The notes: generated from the sequence alone by a model not told the origin. Numbered from the stretch's first letter, positions 49,671 to 60,123 are shown. The stretch: 64,000 nucleotides of DNA from Candidatus Poribacteria bacterium (GCA_963665235.2 CAXXLX010000001.1:4000001-4064000), one strand, 5' to 3'. A program made the numbers and translations.

Positions 49671-50618
49671 ATGAAAATTTTATTGCAAGGACGTTTAGAA
49701 GATGCCCTCCGGGAGAGGTTGGAAAACATCATCGGAGATGCCCACACCTACGTCATTCCGAGTTCACGCGAGGAGCTGGCCGAGGAGGGTAAAGATGCCG
49801 ACATCTTTTTCGGTTTCTGTAGCGAGGATATTTTTCCGCTCCTCCCTAATCTTAAGTGGATTCAGGCATCTAGTGCTGGCATGGACAAACACATGTATCC
49901 TGCTATCCGCGAAAGTGATGTGATTTTGACAAACGCTGCCGGGCTTTACGGAACACACGTTGCCGACCAAGCGTTCGCGCTCCTACTCGGTTTAGCACGC
50001 GGTATCCATCATTCCGTTCGCAATCAGGACAAACATCAATGGGGCGGGGGCCGCTCACCGATGATTGAGATTGACGGTTTCAAGATAGGCATTGTCGGAC
50101 TTGGGGGTATCGGCATGCAGATGGTAAAACGTGCAAAAGGTTTTGACATGTACGTTATCGCAGTCGACGCATACCGCACCGATAAACCGGACAGTGTCGA
50201 GGAACTGATGCCGATGGATAAACTTTCTGACCTGATGAGCCGCGTGGATGTCGTTATGATTGCTTGTCCCTTGACAGAGGAGACACGCGGTCTGATTAAT
50301 GCCGAAAACCTATCTGTGATGCAACCGACCGCATATTTCATAAACGTCGCCCGGGGGCCAATTGTTAAGGAAGCAGATTTGATTCAGATTTTGCAAGCCG
50401 GTAAAATAGCGGGCGCGGGGTTGGATGTCACGGAGGTTGAACCGTTGGATAAAGACAGCCCTTTGTGGGATATGGAGAACGTTATCATTACGCCGCATTC
50501 AGCGGGTGGTTCACAGCACCGCATGCGTCGCATCACTGAGTTTTTCTTGGATAATCTTGAGCGATATTTGAAGGGTGAAGAACTGAAGAACGTTGTGAAC
50601 AAACAGCTCGGTTTTTAG
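49671..50618 (+). CDS. D-2-hydroxyacid dehydrogenase
   Basis: GLGGIG, INVARG, LDVTEVEP, TPH. Confidence 0.93.
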   Translation: MKILLQGRLEDALRERLENIIGDAHTYVIPSSREELAEEGKDADIFFGFCSEDIFPLLPNLKWIQASSAGMDKHMYPAIRESDVILTNAAGLYGTHVADQAFALLLGLARGIHHSVRNQDKHQWGGGRSPMIEIDGFKIGIVGLGGIGMQMVKRAKGFDMYVIAVDAYRTDKPDSVEELMPMDKLSDLMSRVDVVMIACPLTEETRGLINAENLSVMQPTAYFINVARGPIVKEADLIQILQAGKIAGAGLDVTEVEPLDKDSPLWDMENVIITPHSAGGSQHRMRRITEFFLDNLERYLKGEELKNVVNKQLGF

Positions 50619-50654
50619 TTTGGCTATTGACACAACGTTCCAGGAGGGAAAAAG

Positions 50655-51758
50655 ATGTCAATGTATCGAGCAGGCGTAATTGGTTTGGGACGTATGGGCA
50701 GCACCTTTGATGACGAAATTACACAAGGAGGCTCACTCTTTCTGCCATACTGTCACGCCCCAAGCTATCATGCTGCCCCCAATGTTGAATTGGTCGCAGG
50801 GGCGGACCTACACCCCGAACAAGCCGAAATCTTCGGTGAACGGTGGGGCTTAAGTTCAGAACATATCTATAGCGATTATCGCGAAATGTTAGACACGGAA
50901 AACCTGGACCTCGTCAGTGTTTGCACGACAGCACGGGGACGCTCTACTATTGTGAAAGACGTTGCACGTGCCGGGGTCAAAGGGATTTGGGCAGAAAAAC
51001 CGATTTCGCTCAGCCTTGCCGAAGCGGATACGATGGTGGATGTCTGCCGCGAGAACGGGGTCGTCCTTGCGATAAACTGCGCGCGCCGCTGGAATCCTTT
51101 CTTTAGCGAAGCCCGAAAACTCATTGACGAAGGCGAAATCGGCGATGTCCTTCAGGTGACAGTGTATGCACAATGCGGATTGTCACATAACGGAAGTCAC
51201 GCTATCGATATCTTACGGTATATGGCAGGCGGACAGGTGGAATGGGTCTTTGGTGAGATGCAGTCCGATGCAGCCGCTGCAGGTGAAAACGACCTCATGG
51301 GAAACGGGTATCTCGTCTTTGATAACGGGGTACGGGCGTATCTCCGAAGTACGCCGTGTGGCGCAGCCCCGTGGGAGGTGGATGTCATTGGCACCAAGGG
51401 ACGTATCCGCTCAATAAACAACGCGGAAACGTTTGAATTAATTCGTATCGTACCCGGTGGAAGGCGGGGCCGCGGTGTCCCTGCAACGTGTCCGTTTCCC
51501 TGGCCCGTCCGGATGCAGGGCATGGGGTTGACGATTGTTCAAGACATCATCAATGCTATTGAAAACGGTGGCGCACCGAAATGTTCAGGTGAAGATGGAC
51601 GCGCGGCATTAGAGATAGCCATCGCCTTACGGGAATCTCACCGTAGAGGGGGTGTAAAGGTGAATTTGCCGATAGAGGAGCGGAGCCTCCGCATCCTCTC
51701 ATCGGAAATACGGAACGATGATACACCCGCTCGGATCAGACGTTTACAGAGTAGATGA
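50655..51758 (+). CDS. Gfo/Idh/MocA family oxidoreductase
   Basis: IGLGRMG, AEKP, SHAID. Confidence 0.92.
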   Translation: MSMYRAGVIGLGRMGSTFDDEITQGGSLFLPYCHAPSYHAAPNVELVAGADLHPEQAEIFGERWGLSSEHIYSDYREMLDTENLDLVSVCTTARGRSTIVKDVARAGVKGIWAEKPISLSLAEADTMVDVCRENGVVLAINCARRWNPFFSEARKLIDEGEIGDVLQVTVYAQCGLSHNGSHAIDILRYMAGGQVEWVFGEMQSDAAAAGENDLMGNGYLVFDNGVRAYLRSTPCGAAPWEVDVIGTKGRIRSINNAETFELIRIVPGGRRGRGVPATCPFPWPVRMQGMGLTIVQDIINAIENGGAPKCSGEDGRAALEIAIALRESHRRGGVKVNLPIEERSLRILSSEIRNDDTPARIRRLQSR

Positions 51759-52082
51759 GTTGACAGCTTCAGTTGCCACCTTGAAGATAGAATCAACTGC
51801 ACCGAACAAAACTGGTAAGTTTGCTAAGGTGACACTCGTTCTGTTTCGCGTAAAAACATCATCAACAAGCTGTCCAAATTCCCACAATGTTCCATCGGTA
51901 ACAATACCGTAGACAGGAAAAGATGGGTTGTCATTAATCTTTTGGGCAGCGACCAACTCGGCCAGGCATTGCCCCCATCCCTGTTCAAAGTCGTTCTTTT
52001 TCGCCTCAACTAACATTATCAGAGGGGTGCCAACAACAGTTATCCCTAATTCCGATTTTGTAGAGTTGACATACTCCCCCAG

Positions 52083-53288
52083 CTAAAGCAAGGGGGATTC
52101 TTTTGAAAGAGAATCCCATGCTTTCTGGTGCGGATTGTGGCGTATAGACTTCGGGTGAAGTCTGCGAGGGCTGCTCGCAATAGCAAGGCTGACATCCTCT
52201 AATCCAAAGGTTGAGGTTTCCCCAACCTGTAAAATGTTTATCGCAGCGTTAACGTCACGATGGTGTTTCTGCGCGCAAGTAGAACAACACCATTGACGAA
52301 CAGACAAGTCCAACTGCTGTTTTCGCTGTCCACAGTGGCTACAAGTCTTAGAAGTCGGTTCAAAACGGTCAATATAGTGAATCGCTTTACCGTGTTTTAC
52401 CGCTTGATGTTGCAACTTTTGATGAAACGAGTAGGGCGCAATATCAGAAACTTGACGACCCCACATGCGTTTCATACCCTCAAAAGTCAACGTCTCAAAA
52501 CAGAGGTCATCGTGTTCATGCACAAAACGCTTCGCGAGTTTCCAATGGTGGTCTTCACGTTGTCTTTTGATTTTACGATGCTTGCGCGCTACATTTAGAC
52601 GTGAACGCTCACAGTTGTTGCTACCCTTTACTTTCTTAGCATGCGCACGTTGGGCTACTGACAGCTCCGCCATAGAAGTTTTATAGAACTTGGGAGACTC
52701 ATATTCTGTGCCATCAGAACAAGTGAACATCGTTTTGATACCGAAATCATACCCTGCAGCACTACCCGTCTTAGGTGCAATCTCAGTCACGGTGTGGTCT
52801 GTCACAACACACATATAGAAGTCGCCTACACTATCTGCTTTGATGGTAACTGTTCTAACGTTGCCTATTATTTCACGACTCAGATTAAAGCGATACTGTT
52901 TTTTCATAATACGCACTTTATCACCACAGAAACCATAGCCAGAGGGGCTCATTGTGAATGAATACGGTTTGCGCCATGAACGAAACTTAGGCGGACGCTT
53001 CGCAATACACTTAAAAAAACGCTGATACCCGGTGTCTAAACGCCGCAGTATATCACGCGCCGCCCAAGAGTCTAACTCACGCCAGTGCGAAAACACTTCA
53101 GGATGTGAGTTCCTAAGGACGGTAAAGGCACGCGACATCTCAGGAAGCGACATATACGGAAGACCCAGGGAATAGCGCGTCCGCTGCCAACCTAAAAAAT
53201 AGTTCCAAACATCATGTGCCACCCACGTTAAACGCTTGAGATTACGATTGCGCGGGGCACGAAAAAGTTTGTATTTTGTGGTATACAT
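52083..53288 (-). CDS. tnpB: RNA-guided endonuclease TnpB
   Basis: RuvC GYDFG / FETL / RDVNAA; Zn finger CSHC..CSTC. Confidence 0.95.
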   Translation of the reverse strand: MYTTKYKLFRAPRNRNLKRLTWVAHDVWNYFLGWQRTRYSLGLPYMSLPEMSRAFTVLRNSHPEVFSHWRELDSWAARDILRRLDTGYQRFFKCIAKRPPKFRSWRKPYSFTMSPSGYGFCGDKVRIMKKQYRFNLSREIIGNVRTVTIKADSVGDFYMCVVTDHTVTEIAPKTGSAAGYDFGIKTMFTCSDGTEYESPKFYKTSMAELSVAQRAHAKKVKGSNNCERSRLNVARKHRKIKRQREDHHWKLAKRFVHEHDDLCFETLTFEGMKRMWGRQVSDIAPYSFHQKLQHQAVKHGKAIHYIDRFEPTSKTCSHCGQRKQQLDLSVRQWCCSTCAQKHHRDVNAAINILQVGETSTFGLEDVSLAIASSPRRLHPKSIRHNPHQKAWDSLSKESPLL

Positions 53289-53375
53289 CTAAGGGTATCC
53301 TGCCTTGAAAAGTTGCTACCTGCCTCTAAAAAGGGGCGGAGAAGTCTATAGATTCTCCGCTAAGGCATTAAATAG

Positions 53376-53404
53376 AGTATACCCCATTTTTGAGGAAAAG
53401 TCAA
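53376..53404 (-). promoter_or_regulatory. Element-internal promoter for tnpB
   Basis: TTGACT-17 nt-TATACT. Confidence 0.65.
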
Positions 53405-53809
53405 ATTAAAATTTCAACTCAGGCGCCGCTACTACATCCCCCAGCTAAAGCATGGGGGTTTTGTAGCGGAAGATTTGATAAGGTAATCGGTGGTGCCGCT
53501 TAGTGTTTCATCGTAAGTGATAGGCTCCCTTATATAGAGAACATAGTTATCGGCATATCTCTTGTAGACCTCTCTTAGAATGGGAAAGATTATCGCCTCA
53601 CATCTTGCTGCCTCAGACGATAAAACATGGATGTGTTGCAGACTGAACGCTAATTCTTGCATAAATTGTGGGGAGGGGTTTACTGCTTCAACCTTAAAAA
53701 AGTCGTTCGCTGCGTATTTAATCCCGAACTGTTCCTGAACTTGGGAGATTTTCTGGAAATCGCTAAACGCCATGAGCTCTACCTCCCCTACCTATTACAT
53801 TGTAGTTGA

Positions 53810-55324
53810 TTATGCGTATGACAACCGCTCAACCCTTTTCTCCAGAGGCTCCATCGCCTCAAGGATAGCTCCAATGAGTTGTGCCTTATTAGGCGCGTAA
53901 GCGGGATTATCCCAATGATTGACCCGTTCAGCCGGATCATCTTCTAAATCGTAGAGTTCGCCGTAGGGGTGTCCACAATACCAAGTCAACTTCCGGGTGG
54001 CGGTCACAATCGTTTTGAGCCGCAAACCGGTCGGGTCGTCCACACATTCAACCAACACCGAATCTCGGACGTTATCCTGTTTTCCGCTGAGCATCGGCAT
54101 TGCATCAACGCCATCTGTATCTGATGGAATCGGTAATCCCGCAGCCGCGAGAATTGTGGGGACAATATCAACGTGGCTGAACAACGCTTGTGCCCGCTGT
54201 CCGGGCGGAATAGCGGCAGGAAACCGTATCAGAGTCGGTACACGGACAAGCTGTTCATAATGGAACGGTCCCTTCATCCATAACCCGTGGTCGCCAAGCA
54301 GTTCACCGTGGTCGGTGGTAAACAGTACGAGTGTATTTTCGCTTAATCCGCGGGCATCGAGATATGCAAGAATGCGTCCCATCTGCTGATCTATAATTTT
54401 GACCATATTGTAATAGTATGCTCTACCCCATCGTGCGTCGTTTTCGGAAACTTTACGGAAATCGGCACCCCCGCCTTGTCCAGCCATGGCAAACCTGCCA
54501 CGGATTTTTGATTTGCTCAGTTGTCCACACCGTGCCTCCAGAAAATGCGGCGGTTTATCCGCCAATTCCCCCTCGACAAAATCGGGGAGTGGCACGTCCG
54601 CTGGGTCAACCCGTTCCTCAAATTCGGTTGGCACACAGTGCGGATGATGCGGGTCTTGAAAACCGACTGCCAATAGGAACGGCTGCTCAGCGGGGTGATT
54701 GGTCAAAAAGTCTATTGTGCGGTCCGCTGTCCAAACGCTATTGTGATATTTCAACGGAATATCCCAATCGTGCGCGCCGCCCCCAAATCCCATTGCCGAG
54801 AGACGTTTCGCTCTGCTGTAACGCGCAAACGTCTCTTCAGAAACCTGTGCCCGCACCCATTCACCGTAATGTCCCGCAATGCCGTAAGTTGCGTGCCCGA
54901 GTGCCAGCTCCACCGTCTCAAATCCGTAATAGGGGCCGTGAAAATCGGCATAACGCGCTGTATCACCTCTTGCTTCAACCGATTGCTCAGCAGATGCACC
55001 GAAGGGTTGGAAATGCGCTTTACCGATATAGTGTGTCCGATATCCGACCTCCGCAAGTCGATGTGAAATCATCGGCTCGTCTTCAGGAACGTTCATACCG
55101 ACGTTCCAAGCACCGTGGCGACTCACATATTTCCCCGAAAAGATTGAGGCACGGGCAGGTGTACACACCGGGTTTGTACAGTAAGCACGTTCTAAACAGA
55201 CCCCCTCAGACGCAAGTTTATCCAGATGTGGAGTATCTGTAAATGTTGAACCGTAGCAGCTGAGACTGTCTGTCCGCTGCTGATCGGTTGTGATGAGCAG
55301 TATATTGGGCCGTTGTGTGTTCAT
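53810..55324 (-). CDS. Formylglycine-dependent sulfatase
   Basis: TDQQR, CTPARAS, GKAH, DHG..LGDHG..KG. Confidence 0.95.
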   Translation of the reverse strand: MNTQRPNILLITTDQQRTDSLSCYGSTFTDTPHLDKLASEGVCLERAYCTNPVCTPARASIFSGKYVSRHGAWNVGMNVPEDEPMISHRLAEVGYRTHYIGKAHFQPFGASAEQSVEARGDTARYADFHGPYYGFETVELALGHATYGIAGHYGEWVRAQVSEETFARYSRAKRLSAMGFGGGAHDWDIPLKYHNSVWTADRTIDFLTNHPAEQPFLLAVGFQDPHHPHCVPTEFEERVDPADVPLPDFVEGELADKPPHFLEARCGQLSKSKIRGRFAMAGQGGGADFRKVSENDARWGRAYYYNMVKIIDQQMGRILAYLDARGLSENTLVLFTTDHGELLGDHGLWMKGPFHYEQLVRVPTLIRFPAAIPPGQRAQALFSHVDIVPTILAAAGLPIPSDTDGVDAMPMLSGKQDNVRDSVLVECVDDPTGLRLKTIVTATRKLTWYCGHPYGELYDLEDDPAERVNHWDNPAYAPNKAQLIGAILEAMEPLEKRVERLSYA

Positions 55325-55328
55325 CTCG

Positions 55329-55928
55329 TTAAGATTCCTGTATGGCTTTGAAGATAGCGTTCACTGCACCGAATAGGGTCGGCAAATTAGGCACAGTGAA
55401 ATGTGTGCTATTTTGGGTGAAGGTATCGCTAGTAAGCTGTCCAAATTCCCACAATTTTCCATCGGTAACAATACCGTACACAGGGAAATCGGGGTCATCA
55501 TTTATTTTTTGCGCCGCAACTAATTCCGCTAGACATTGTCCCCATCCCTGTTCAAAATCGTTCTTTTTCGCCTCAACTAACATGACGAGGGGTGTTCCGA
55601 CAACCGTTCTGCCTAATTCTGAACGTGTGGCAATAAGATAATCTGGCGTGCCACTCAAGGTCTCATCGTAGCGAATAGCTTTCTTAACCCACAGCCCATA
55701 GTTTTCAGCGTAACCTTTGTAAACCTCTCTTAAGATAGGAAAGATAACAATTTCACATCTGGCTCCCTCGGATGCGAAAACATCGATATATCGCTGATTG
55801 AACTCAAGTTCTTGCAGAAATTGTTCTGAAGGATTCATAGGCTCACTCCCGAAAAAGTCATGAGACGTATATTTGATTCTGAATTTTTCCTGAACTTCAG
55901 CAATTGTCTTGAAATCACTAGACACCAT
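55329..55928 (-). CDS. Stand-alone HsdR_N-like PD-(D/E)XK protein
   Basis: GTPDY, VEAKK, GWGQ, YGIVTDG..WEF. Confidence 0.8.
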   Translation of the reverse strand: MVSSDFKTIAEVQEKFRIKYTSHDFFGSEPMNPSEQFLQELEFNQRYIDVFASEGARCEIVIFPILREVYKGYAENYGLWVKKAIRYDETLSGTPDYLIATRSELGRTVVGTPLVMLVEAKKNDFEQGWGQCLAELVAAQKINDDPDFPVYGIVTDGKLWEFGQLTSDTFTQNSTHFTVPNLPTLFGAVNAIFKAIQES

Positions 55929-55983
55929 AAGTGCTGTCTCCTACGGTTTTGTACGGTGAAGAGCGTTAAAAACGAAGCGACTT

Positions 55984-56805
55984 CTATCCACAAAAAGATT
56001 TTAAATACGCATAACTCTGTTCCGCAGCGTCTTCAGGCTCCATGATTTCCCGAAACGCTTGATGCACCGTTACATACCCATCATAGCCAATTGCCTCCAA
56101 GCCGCGAAAGACTAACGGAAAATCTATACCGCCCTCATCTTGTAAACGAATCGGATCATGGGGTACTTCCCCTTGAATCCATGTGAAGAGACGCGTTTTT
56201 CCCTCCGGACGACGGATGTGATTCTGAAGATAAACGTTGAAAAGATAAGGCGAAAATCGTTTAAGCGTCTCAACACCGTAATCCTGCGCGCACAGATCAA
56301 GGTTGGCGGGTTCATAGATAATCCCGAAATTCTGTCTGCCGACACGCGCCAATATATCAACGGAACCGCCTACTGTTTCAAATAGACTCTGTGTATGCGA
56401 CTGATGCGCGAGACGAATCCCACGCTCCGCCGCCTCATCGGCTGCACGTTGTGCCCACGGAATATCCTCCTCAACCTTCATCGCAATACGGATGAGGTTC
56501 GACCCAAGGAGTTCGGTTAAATCGAGATACGGGGTTATATTACGGAGGCCATCCGGGCCCTGGTCGTTGTTGAGTGGCACCGGAAAATCTCCGGTGACCA
56601 TGGAGATGTTCAGGTTAAGCGAATCTGCCTGCTTACGCGCTGCGGTAATCTGTTCCAAAGGGGAATGGATACCGACCTGGGAGGCACGCATACAGACCGC
56701 CTCATAACCAAGGCTCGCCGCGAGTTCTGTGAGTTGAACGAAGGTGTGAGTCGCATCCCTTTTAGATGCCGTTTCTGCTACGCGTACGGAAAGTGAGAGT
56801 TTCAC
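55984..56805 (-). CDS. Sugar phosphate isomerase/epimerase (TIM barrel) family
   Basis: GTG after GGAGG; LAASLGYEAV, IDF..L..IGYDGYVT. Confidence 0.82.
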   Translation of the reverse strand: MKLSLSVRVAETASKRDATHTFVQLTELAASLGYEAVCMRASQVGIHSPLEQITAARKQADSLNLNISMVTGDFPVPLNNDQGPDGLRNITPYLDLTELLGSNLIRIAMKVEEDIPWAQRAADEAAERGIRLAHQSHTQSLFETVGGSVDILARVGRQNFGIIYEPANLDLCAQDYGVETLKRFSPYLFNVYLQNHIRRPEGKTRLFTWIQGEVPHDPIRLQDEGGIDFPLVFRGLEAIGYDGYVTVHQAFREIMEPEDAAEQSYAYLKSFCG

Positions 56806-56809
56806 TGTG

Positions 56810-57664
56810 TCAAAGCCTCCATAAAATATCGACAATTGAAAGTGCCATTAAGACTAAACTAATCGTCCCGTTCAAGGTAAAAAAGGCGAGATTGACGCGG
56901 GATAGGTCATTCGGTTTCACAATCGCATGTTCATAGATAAAAATAATTACAACAATCCCGACTCCGATGTAGTAAAAGATGCCCAATTGCGTAAGGTACG
57001 GGATGCCAAGCAGCAGCAATACCGCAACAACGTGTAACGCGGAGGATAGCCGTAATGCCCAACGGATACCAAGCCGCGCGGGGATAGAATGCAACCCATG
57101 ACTTTTGTCAAACTTGACATCCTGGCACGCGTAGATGATGTCAAACCCAGCTGTCCAAAGCATGACTACGCCGCAAAGAATTATAGGGGTCCAGTCAAAT
57201 CTCCCCTTAATTGCAATCCACGCTCCGACCGGCGAAATAGAGAGCGCGAACCCTAGCCAGAAATGGGAAAGTGCGGTAAAACGTTTGGTATACGAATATC
57301 CCATAACCACAGCAAGGGCAACTGGCGATAGCGCGAACGCAAGCGGATTTAACTGCCATGCAGCAAAAACTAATAATCCCGCGGAGACGAGGGTGAAAAT
57401 CCATACTGCCTCCTTCGTGATTAAGCCTGCGGGGATAGCTCGCATTGCGGTCCGGGGATTTCTGCTATCAATCTCCGCATCGGCGAGGCGGTTGAACGCC
57501 ATCGCACAGCTGCGCGCCCCTATCATCGCTACCAGAATCCAACCGAGTTTATGTAGTGCTGGAAGCCCTCCCGCAGCAATGAATGCACTCATCACCGCAA
57601 ACGGCAACGCAAACACGGTATGTTCAAATTTGATCATCTCCAAGATGATTTTGAGTTTTCGCAT
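56810..57664 (-). CDS. ubiA: UbiA-family polyprenyltransferase (MqnP-like)
   Basis: KFEHTVFALPF, NRLAD..ID..NPRT, YSYTKR, FDIIYACQD. Confidence 0.9.
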   Translation of the reverse strand: MRKLKIILEMIKFEHTVFALPFAVMSAFIAAGGLPALHKLGWILVAMIGARSCAMAFNRLADAEIDSRNPRTAMRAIPAGLITKEAVWIFTLVSAGLLVFAAWQLNPLAFALSPVALAVVMGYSYTKRFTALSHFWLGFALSISPVGAWIAIKGRFDWTPIILCGVVMLWTAGFDIIYACQDVKFDKSHGLHSIPARLGIRWALRLSSALHVVAVLLLLGIPYLTQLGIFYYIGVGIVVIIFIYEHAIVKPNDLSRVNLAFFTLNGTISLVLMALSIVDILWRL

Positions 57665-57671
57665 CAGCTGC

Positions 57672-58262
57672 CTATTCTTTCCACCGTTGAATCAACCCCG
57701 TATCTATACCAAACTGATCTAAGATTTTGGTGACAATAAAGTTAATCTGGTCATCTACTGTCTTTGGAAAATGATAAAAGCCCGGCATTGCAGGGAGAAC
57801 ACACACCCCGAGTCGTGAAAGCTTGAGCATATTTTCCAAATGGATGGCACTAAGGGGTGTTTCGCGCGGGACAATCACAAGCTTGCGGCGTTCTTTGATG
57901 CACACGTCCGCCGCTCGCTGGATAAGGTTACGGGAGATGCCCGCCGCGATAGAGGCAACAGTGCCCATGCTACACGGTACTACAATCATCCCCTCTGTCC
58001 GGAAAGAGCCGCTGGCAATTGATGCACCGATGTCGGATTCATGGTGGTAAACGATTTGCGGCGTATCAATACCGATGAGCGATTCCAACCGAAAATTATT
58101 GATGTCTACCTCGATTTGAAGTTCCTCCCATAGGGCACGCGCCCCTGATGTAGAAATCGTTAGATGTACCTCTATATCCGCCTGTTTCGCAAGGACTTCA
58201 AGGAGGCGTACGCCGTAGACGACTGCACTTGCCCCTGTTATGCCTATAATCAATCGCTTCAA
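57672..58262 (-). CDS. ubiX: Flavin prenyltransferase UbiX
   Basis: GITGAS, IASGS, PCSM, RAADV..KERR, PRETP, PGFY. Confidence 0.95.
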   Translation of the reverse strand: MKRLIIGITGASAVVYGVRLLEVLAKQADIEVHLTISTSGARALWEELQIEVDINNFRLESLIGIDTPQIVYHHESDIGASIASGSFRTEGMIVVPCSMGTVASIAAGISRNLIQRAADVCIKERRKLVIVPRETPLSAIHLENMLKLSRLGVCVLPAMPGFYHFPKTVDDQINFIVTKILDQFGIDTGLIQRWKE

Positions 58263-59531
58263 TTAATGGCCCTCCGAAGAAAAGGGTAAAAGGTTACCCG
58301 TTGTCCCAAACTGAAACGGTTGTGCTTCCCCGATAACCGCTATACTTGAATGTAGTTCCGCATCTTCAAGCAGGGATTCAGAGATATCGAGTTCTGTCAA
58401 TCTCAACGTACTTTCGATCCGAATCACCCGTGCATCCTCCGGTGCGGTAAGTCCGATAGTGTCCAGTGCGACCGTAATTGCTTCCCGGTCGGTATCGTAG
58501 TAAAACGGAATTTTTGATTTCTGGGGACCGAGCGCGGTGATACCGTTCATATAGGTTGCATGTCGGTCGATGTGGTTGACAAGCCGTGTTGTTGTGAAGT
58601 CGGCAAGGCCAATGCCTGTAGCGTTCCCATCGCTTTCTTCTGTGAGGTCACGCACGAATATACGGAGAATCGCCGGTTTGATAGGCTCCGGTTCAAAATT
58701 CTGCATCATTCTGCCGATAACGTTGGTATCCATGCCGGTGCCGCTGATATTTTTTCCTGTCCAGTCCACAATTAGGAGGTCAAGTTCATCGAACGGAAGT
58801 CGGCCCATCAGCGATTTTGCTTCAACTAACAGTTCACGTTCCGTTTGCAAGAGTTTTGCAGCAGGCATCGCCACAGCCTTGGCGGTCTGTTCATGTGCGT
58901 TTTCGAGGAGCCCTATGCCGAAGGCGATTTTCCCGGTGTCAAGCATGAACCCACCGACTGTAGTAATGACGTGTTCAAACCCGTACTGAAAAAATGCACG
59001 ATGATAGAGATTCGCTCCTGCCTGTTTGCCGAGCCCGATGACCATCATCTTCATCAAACCGCTCTCAATTGACCCATTGAAATCGGTATGCGCCTTAATC
59101 CGGTTAAGCGGGACGATGTGGTCTGCTTCTGAGGCGTAGCGGTCGAGAAAGACCGGCAGCCCCTCCGCTGTTTTGCCGAGTTGTACCACATCCATGGTCG
59201 CTTTTATCGGCGCGCCAACGGTCTCTTCGGTGATGCCGTAATGTTCCAGGACGGTGCGTTGTCCTTCGGGGGTTGCTCCGCCGTGGCTGCCCATAGCTGG
59301 AACTACAAAGGGTTTTGCCCCGATGGTCTTGAGAGCGTCTACGGTCGCTTTGACCGCTATGTCGACATTCGCAACGCCGCGACTGCCAGCGGTAATCGCG
59401 ACAGTCTCCCCGGGCCGCACAATAGCGGCGGCGTTAATCCGTTCTAATTCTGTCCGAATTGCTGTAGGCAGGTCATCAAGAACAGGTGCCTCAAACTGTT
59501 GTTGAATTCGTGCCATTTTTGGAAGTGCCAT
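58263..59531 (-). CDS. LarA-like (lactate racemase domain) protein
   Basis: GSRG, PAMGSHGG, NRIKAHTDF, GLGK..GA..YH, GKNISGTGMD. Confidence 0.7.
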   Translation of the reverse strand: MALPKMARIQQQFEAPVLDDLPTAIRTELERINAAAIVRPGETVAITAGSRGVANVDIAVKATVDALKTIGAKPFVVPAMGSHGGATPEGQRTVLEHYGITEETVGAPIKATMDVVQLGKTAEGLPVFLDRYASEADHIVPLNRIKAHTDFNGSIESGLMKMMVIGLGKQAGANLYHRAFFQYGFEHVITTVGGFMLDTGKIAFGIGLLENAHEQTAKAVAMPAAKLLQTERELLVEAKSLMGRLPFDELDLLIVDWTGKNISGTGMDTNVIGRMMQNFEPEPIKPAILRIFVRDLTEESDGNATGIGLADFTTTRLVNHIDRHATYMNGITALGPQKSKIPFYYDTDREAITVALDTIGLTAPEDARVIRIESTLRLTELDISESLLEDAELHSSIAVIGEAQPFQFGTTGNLLPFSSEGH

Positions 59532-60123
59532 CTGTTTCCATCCTTTTCTCTGATTTACACAAACTTTATAGGCAATTTTACCAGAAATGGAATAGAAAAG
59601 CAAGAAAATTTTGATTGAATCGTCTCCGCTTGGCGAGGTGAATTTAACAGACTTCCCACGTTTCAAAAATTTGAAACCTTGTAGGCAAAACAAACGTAAT
59701 TCAAGATAGTTGAGAATATTATACACGTGTGACATAACATTTCAAGAAAATGAACAAGTTTTTACCGCACGGGGGAATTGATAATGCAAAACCGATGTCC
59801 GAACACCACATTTGAGACTGTCATTGCTGCTGCCCCTTGTTTCCTGCGCAGGAATAGGATGAGTTTGCGCGTGCTATCTCCGCTGTGTTTTAGCTATCAG
59901 CTAACCCCCCCCCCGCTTCACAATCGTTAATTATTTCAGTTTACAAAGTTATATCGCGGGCATTAGCCGCTGCGATATCTTCGCGCCCGGACAGGCACTT
60001 CGTTTCACACGCCGTGTCCCGGGCTTTTATCGTTGCAGAGGAGCACACTTCAGAGCGTGTTGTTCTTAGCGCAAAAGCGTATTGTGTACAACGATAAGCT
60101 ATGACAGAATAACAGAATCTTCA

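Larger units (their letters stand above)
52066..53477 (-). mobile_element. Non-autonomous IS200/IS605-family element (tnpB only)
   Basis: Inserted 3' of TTAT, ends TCAA, no TSD, matching subterminal hairpins CCCC..GCTTTAGCTGGGG. Confidence 0.92.
51744..53773 (-). pseudogene. HsdR_N-like PD-(D/E)XK protein interrupted by an IS200/IS605 element
   Basis: Removing 52066-53477 restores GTTDYLISTKSELGITVVGTPLIMLVEAKK (205 aa), paralogous to 55329-55928. Confidence 0.88.

Noticed and set aside
53289-53477. IStron (group I intron-IS hybrid)
   Set aside because: The left end is only about 190 bp, holds a promoter, and shows no recognisable intron core.
54418-55242. Long antisense ORFs (also 37745-38539, 57135-57722, 17175-17735)
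   Set aside because: Shadows of well-supported genes on the opposite strand.
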